From IMG/VR virus record IMGVR_UViG_3300045257_000098: a DNA stretch of 20,000 bases; one strand, written 5' to 3'. The notes beneath the pieces were generated by a model. The model saw only the letters and a list, made by a program, of their open reading frames with translations. It was not told the origin of the DNA and searched no databases. Shown here one piece after another: positions 15,830 through 20,000 of this stretch. Positions within the stretch are counted from its first letter, which is position 1, and each line of letters starts with the position of its first letter. The position numbers and the translations under genes are program-made. The DNA comes from an uncultured virus (IMG/VR IMGVR_UViG_3300045257_000098). Taxonomy: Duplodnaviria; Heunggongvirae; Uroviricota; Caudoviricetes.

Positions 15830-15883
15830 AACTGGCACTTTGCCGCGACCCCTTCAGCGTTCGGTGGCAATGAAATTTTTCTC

Positions 15884-15919
15884 GATAGCACGTGTTAATC
15901 CTGATTAACACGTGCTATC
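15884..15919. repeat. Perfect 17-bp inverted repeat with 2-bp core
   Basis: GATAGCACGTGTTAATC-CT-GATTAACACGTGCTATC. Confidence 0.97.
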
Positions 15920-15921
15920 CT

Positions 15922-16017
15922 CTATTTTGGTCGCCCGAGCTTCCCTTGTGGCACGCCAAGTTCTTTGTGCAACGCGCCCGGCTTCTTTATGGCGCCCGCA
16001 ATCCAGTGATCTGCCAT
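15922..16017 (-). pseudogene. Truncated duplicate of the small basic protein gene (31 aa)
   Basis: MADHWIAGAIKKPGALHKELGVPQGK-LGRPK*; leaves the repeat at 15940 and stops just before the palindrome. Confidence 0.75.
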
Positions 16018-16088
16018 TATGCGGCCTTGCCTTTCTCTGCTGGCTTCTCTGGCTCTGCCGGTACCAGCTGTGCGCAATCGAGCGATTT
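15940..16088 (+). repeat. 149-bp direct repeat, copy 2
   Basis: Identical to 15650-15798; offset 290 bp. Confidence 0.97.
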
Positions 16089-16442
16089 AATGAACTCCCG
16101 CAGTGCTTTGGGCACATAATGCACGCCAGCAGGTGTTAGCGCCGTGATGCTGTACTTGCCGACGCGCTTATAGTCCACTTTCCGCGAGTTCATGCGCGGT
16201 TGCGTGCCAACGTACAGCACAATGTGATACTTAGCCGGCAAGATGATCTTTCGACCGTTGGTTTCGCGTGGCGCGCGCACTGCCGAACGAAGGTCGATTG
16301 CTGGTACGTAATCTGGCTGCACTTGGCTTGCAGCGTACCACAGACTGTACGTTGAAGCAAAGCGCAACGTTGGGTGGAAGTACCGCCGAAGGCGCAACGT
16401 CCAGTGGGCTGGACGATTGTCCAACGGCATGTCTGTGACCAT
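16017..16442 (-). CDS. Hypothetical basic protein
   Basis: 141-aa ORF whose TAA overlaps the next ATG (TAATG); its 3' end lies inside the repeat. Confidence 0.65.
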   Translation of the reverse strand: MVTDMPLDNRPAHWTLRLRRYFHPTLRFASTYSLWYAASQVQPDYVPAIDLRSAVRAPRETNGRKIILPAKYHIVLYVGTQPRMNSRKVDYKRVGKYSITALTPAGVHYVPKALREFIKSLDCAQLVPAEPEKPAEKGKAA

Positions 16443-16920
16443 TGTCCCATTGTCCTGTCTGTCGCTATCTCAGCTGCACGCTAGGCCCACTCAGCCAGGT
16501 GCAGGATCAGCGCGCCGGCCGCTTGAGCACTACCCACCTTCCGATGTTCATGTCACGACCAGGCGCGTTGTTTTAACACGTTGTACGCGCTTACGAGTTG
16601 TCTGTGGGGGAGAAGGGGCGAGTGGCGGGGGCATCTTCTCACGAGCTGGCAAGTTTATTTTTTTGCAGTTTATTTTTTACCGGTCGGGCTTAGGGAGGTG
16701 CGGTGAGGGCACTACGAAGCCCGGTGGTCAGGGGGGCCGCAGATGAGGCAGAGTGCGGGATCGCAGGGGCGACAGGTCACGATATTAGTCTAATGACAAG
16801 AGCAGTGGAACACAAGATGCCTCCGCGATAAAGGCGTCGGAGGAAGGTGATTTTAAAGACACGTGTATCTTCCGTAGGTTTCAAGATGCACTCGATCCAC
16901 GGGGTGCCGTGGCGGCCTGC

Positions 16921-17430
16921 TTACGCTACAGCCTGTCCATTGTCCGCACGGTTGCCGTTATTCACCGGCTTGGTCGCGGGGGAACTTTGTTGCAGTGCTG
17001 CATCTCCCTCTGTAGGGTCTTCCGGCACTGGCACATCGCAGATGGCCGTCACGTGTGACTCAGCCCTGAGTATGCGCTGACATTCAATTGAAATTGCGTA
17101 AACTACCTCATTGGTCCAATGCTCGACCATAGCTGAGGAAACGTGAAAGACTTTGAACCCGTGAGATCGTAGTACGGCATCTCGCGCCATGTCCTTTTCG
17201 ATCTGCGCGGGTTGGAAATGATAACCGCCGTCGACCTCAACGATCAGTTTAGTTTTTGGGCAGTAAAAATCGGCAATCCAGCCGAGGATCACGGCCTGTT
17301 GTCGGAAACGGAATCCGGTCTGTTTGTCTCGTAGACGGTTCCAGAGAATGCGTTCCGATGGGGTTGTATTTCGGCGCATTTGACGCGCCTTTACGAACTT
17401 TCTTGGCGGGCAGTTATTCCTGAAGGCCAT
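16921..17430 (-). CDS. DUF559 (Vsr-like) endonuclease domain protein
   Basis: AR.MRR..T.SE..LW..LR..Q.GF.FR.Q..I.G.I.DFYC....LIVEVDGGYH......D..RD..L...G.KV. Confidence 0.9.
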   Translation of the reverse strand: MAFRNNCPPRKFVKARQMRRNTTPSERILWNRLRDKQTGFRFRQQAVILGWIADFYCPKTKLIVEVDGGYHFQPAQIEKDMARDAVLRSHGFKVFHVSSAMVEHWTNEVVYAISIECQRILRAESHVTAICDVPVPEDPTEGDAALQQSSPATKPVNNGNRADNGQAVA

Positions 17431-17734
17431 TGGGTACGGGTGCAGGGTGGGCTATGGGTTTCTCGTGTCCCCCACTGCTAGCTGCCGTTGGTAGTGGATT
17501 GCCTATGATTCCGTTTCTGAGAGAGTTTCCGTAATCAAGGAACTGACTATCACTAAAGTAAGGGATTCCCCTTACGGTCTGTACAAGAATATCAAGATCA
17601 TGTTCTGGAACCTGGATGCCCCACTGTGTGTTTACTGTTTCTTTAGGAAGGAATCGTGCTCCTACCGGGGCCAAAAGACTGGCGAACCATCCGCGTCTGG
17701 TGATATTGGGAATCGGATTGTCGGTGTTTATCAT
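17414..17734 (-). CDS. Hypothetical protein with twin-arginine-like N-terminal motif
   Basis: ITRRGWFASLLAPVG resembles the S/T-R-R-x-F-L motif, but the hydrophobic segment is short. Confidence 0.5.
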   Translation of the reverse strand: MINTDNPIPNITRRGWFASLLAPVGARFLPKETVNTQWGIQVPEHDLDILVQTVRGIPYFSDSQFLDYGNSLRNGIIGNPLPTAASSGGHEKPIAHPAPVPNGLQE

Positions 17735-17862
17735 TCGCCCTAGCCGACGTTGAAGGCGGGATGGTGGGCTAGCACCAGAGCCCGCCTATTCCTGTTGAGA
17801 GAACAGTGACAGATCAATATTGCTCATTTCTTTTTCCTTTGTCAAGTGTATACTTGGATTCG

Positions 17863-18522
17863 ATGCCAAGTTCTGTGTCTCAACCTCACAAGCCATCCAA
17901 AAACTTAGTCGATATCCTTACGGACGCAGTGGCCGAGATTCTGGATGACCACAATTCTAAGATCTTGCGCCGCCTAGATGCGATTGAGGAAGATATCGAG
18001 GAGTTGACAACGGCGGTAGCGGCTTTACCGACTCTGGAGCAGATTCGGCAAATCATTGAGGTAATGCTTGGAATCCCAGGATTCCCGGTGAAATTCGATG
18101 TGACCATTACCCAAGCGACACAACAAATTCAAAAGGAGTACGACATGGCTGCAAAAGTTGCAAAGAAACATTCGGTTTCACTAGAGATTCTGGAGAACGG
18201 TACCGTTCGTTATACGGCCACACCGACCGACGCCAACGGCAATCCGACCACCCTTCCGGCTGGTTCACCTCCAGCTACATGGGCGTCAAGTGATCCAGAC
18301 CTGACGCTGGCCGCCGATCCTACCGATACCAGCGGCTTTAACCTGTTGCAAATCGGCACGGCTGGAACGACTCCGGCGACGGGAGTGGTGGCGACGATTA
18401 CCGATACCATCACTAACCCGGCCGATGGTAGCGTTTCGACTATCACAGGCGCGGCTGATCCGGTAAACATCGTGCCGGCGCCTCCCGGATTTCCGACTTC
18501 GTTCGTGGTCACAGAAGCGTAA
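17863..18522 (+). CDS. Coiled-coil + Ig-like domain protein, with an internal in-frame start at 18145
   Basis: Heptad-rich N-half; C-half VRYTATPTDANGNP...TWASSDP is Ig-like; AAGGAG SD precedes internal ATG 18145. Confidence 0.7.
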   Translation: MPSSVSQPHKPSKNLVDILTDAVAEILDDHNSKILRRLDAIEEDIEELTTAVAALPTLEQIRQIIEVMLGIPGFPVKFDVTITQATQQIQKEYDMAAKVAKKHSVSLEILENGTVRYTATPTDANGNPTTLPAGSPPATWASSDPDLTLAADPTDTSGFNLLQIGTAGTTPATGVVATITDTITNPADGSVSTITGAADPVNIVPAPPGFPTSFVVTEA

Positions 18523-18541
18523 GTTTCCCCCGGTCGCAAGC

Positions 18542-18566
18542 GGGGCGGCTCCGGTCGCCCCTTTTT
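18542..18566 (+). terminator. Rho-independent terminator
   Basis: GGGGCGGC-TCCG-GTCGCCCC followed by TTTTT. Confidence 0.75.
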
Positions 18567-18568
18567 CC

Positions 18569-19357
18569 ATGCGTACTGTTGCCAAGTTCGGGTGGATACC
18601 GGATCTCCCGGATCAAAGGGACCGTCGATCCACGTTAAGGCCCCGTTCGGCCCCTCTGCCACCCAGCCTAAGCCTCCAGTCTGCCATGCCTCCCGTTTAC
18701 GACCAGGGACAACTGGGGAGTTGCGTGGCCAATGCCACCGCAGCCATCGTGGATTATGAGCGAAAACGCCAGGGTCTGCGGTTTATGACTCCATCCCGGT
18801 TATTTATTTACTGGAATGCGCGTGATCTGGAGCAGTCTACGGACTCGGATTCCGGATGCATGATCCGGGATGCTATGAAAAGCCTGGATAAGCAGGGTGT
18901 GTGCGTAGAGAGCTTTTGGCACTATACGGAACCATTTGACCGCCAGCCTAAATCTTTGTGCTATTCGACGGCTATCCGCCATCAGACGCTCCAATACTCT
19001 GCTCCATCCCAGTCCGCTATGGCACTCAAGTTGGGCCTGGCGGCTGGCATCCCATTTGTGTTCGGATTCAGCGTTTACGAGAGCTTTATGTCCGATCACG
19101 TAGCACAGACTGGGGTGGTGCCGATGCCGTCTCCGAGCGAGGGCCAGATTGGGGGACATGCAGTGGCGGGGATCGGTTATGATGACCTGTCGGGACCATC
19201 CGCGCTAGGATCTAGGCCACCAGTGCCGAGTTTCCTGTGCCGCAATAGCTGGGGAACGGCGTGGGGGCTTCAGGGGCATTTCTGGATGCCATTCGAGTAT
19301 GTGCTTAGTCCGGATCTGAGTGACGATTTCTGGCAAATTACTTCGGAGGAGGGATAA
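18569..19357 (+). CDS. Papain-like cysteine peptidase, family C1A
   Basis: GWIPDLPDQRD N-terminus; DQGQLGSCVANA (oxyanion Q, catalytic C); GGHAV (H); RNSWG..WG..G.FW (N). Confidence 0.93.
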   Translation: MRTVAKFGWIPDLPDQRDRRSTLRPRSAPLPPSLSLQSAMPPVYDQGQLGSCVANATAAIVDYERKRQGLRFMTPSRLFIYWNARDLEQSTDSDSGCMIRDAMKSLDKQGVCVESFWHYTEPFDRQPKSLCYSTAIRHQTLQYSAPSQSAMALKLGLAAGIPFVFGFSVYESFMSDHVAQTGVVPMPSPSEGQIGGHAVAGIGYDDLSGPSALGSRPPVPSFLCRNSWGTAWGLQGHFWMPFEYVLSPDLSDDFWQITSEEG

Positions 19358-19362
19358 ACAAA

Positions 19363-19572
19363 ATGAATCAGTTAATCCAACTCATCATCTATATCATCAT
19401 TTTCGCCGTAGTCGCGTATGGGTTATGGTGGATATGCGCCAAGTTCCAATTGCCGCAGCCGGTCATGTGGATCGTGGGAGCAATCCTGCTGATCATCTTG
19501 CTAATATTTATCTCAAACCAACTGGGTGTCGGATCGACGGGCAGTGCTCCGTTTCTGCGCCCATCCAGATAA
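19363..19572 (+). CDS. Small two-TM membrane protein
   Basis: GGAGG SD; two hydrophobic helices separated by LPQP. Confidence 0.75.
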   Translation: MNQLIQLIIYIIIFAVVAYGLWWICAKFQLPQPVMWIVGAILLIILLIFISNQLGVGSTGSAPFLRPSR

Positions 19573-19599
19573 GTCTTTCGTTAATCTCCTTCATGGGGA

Positions 19600-19628
19600 T
19601 TGTAATTTAGCGGTTTGTGGGGTATGAT
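19600..19628 (+). promoter_or_regulatory. Sigma70-like promoter (leaderless geometry)
   Basis: TTGTAA-N17-TATGAT-N6-ATG(19635). Confidence 0.7.
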
Positions 19629-19634
19629 CCACCC

Positions 19635-19892
19635 ATGCGCGGCCGGTTAGCAAAGAACATAGAGAAAGGCCACCAGTGGGGTCCCTGCACCCGCTGCCAG
19701 TACACCTGGGATTCCTACCGGTCTAAATCTCCGCGTCCCAGGGGCTGGAAGCCACCCAACTGCCCCAACTGCCATTCGGCCTATTGGGATAAACCACGCG
19801 TAAACCAGACACGTGCGATGCGCGAGCGGGCTGCGATACGGGAGCGGGCCATGGGCGCCCTGCCGCCTCCTCCAATTGCGAGGATGGGATGA
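19635..19892 (+). CDS. Zinc-ribbon protein
   Basis: CTRC...W...P..CPNC.S.YWDKPR. Confidence 0.75.
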   Translation: MRGRLAKNIEKGHQWGPCTRCQYTWDSYRSKSPRPRGWKPPNCPNCHSAYWDKPRVNQTRAMRERAAIRERAMGALPPPPIARMG

Positions 19893-20000
19893 GCACGAAA
19901 AAGACGTTGTATATGGAAACGACGCAGATCCCTGCCGAGCGTACGGCGGCGGAAATATCGTCTTGCTTGATACAGGCTGGCGCTACCCAAATCGCTACCG
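19889..20000 (+). CDS. Hypothetical phage protein, 3'-truncated by the window edge
   Basis: ATGA overlap; MSTKKTLYMETTQIPAERTAAEISSCLIQAGATQIAT... is open to the edge. Confidence 0.65.
   Translation, partial: MSTKKTLYMETTQIPAERTAAEISSCLIQAGATQIAT

Noticed and set aside
15884..15919. Protelomerase (telRL) or dif site
   Set aside because: The centre is an asymmetric CT rather than a perfect palindrome, no protelomerase is seen, and it does not fit the XerC/XerD 11-6-11 consensus. Disfavoured, not fully excluded.
15650..16088. DGR template/variable repeat pair
   Set aside because: The copies are identical with no adenine-specific mismatches, and no reverse transcriptase is in the window.
15650..16088. 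CRISPR array or IS element
   Set aside because: Only two long copies, no repeat-spacer periodicity, no transposase; the inverted repeats are internal and abutted rather than at the spacer ends.

Overview
This window looks like part of a tailed-phage (or prophage) genome. It is densely packed with short, translationally coupled ORFs (ATGA/GTGA overlaps), most of them hypothetical. A long minus-strand early/replication block (about 2013-17734) carries a putative ssDNA-annealing recombinase, a VRR-NUC nuclease, a stand-alone replication-initiator C-terminal domain, a DUF559 nuclease, wHTH, RHH and Zn-finger proteins, and an SleB-type cell-wall hydrolase. Plus-strand blocks at the edges carry an FN3 protein, a holin-like protein, an Ig-like protein and a papain-like C1 peptidase. 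No capsid, terminase, integrase, tRNA or CRISPR array was recognised. Most notable: (1) two PEP-CTERM (exosortase-substrate) surface proteins among many other exported proteins, suggesting a phage-encoded host-surface remodelling kit; (2) a compound site at 15650-16088, where two identical 149-bp direct repeats bracket a 141-bp spacer holding a perfect IHF consensus and a 17-bp perfect inverted repeat around a 2-bp CT core; (3) a multi-hairpin non-coding element right after the replication gene; (4) a recurring -10 box-N6-ATG (leaderless) arrangement. All family calls come from motif recognition by eye; no database search was run.
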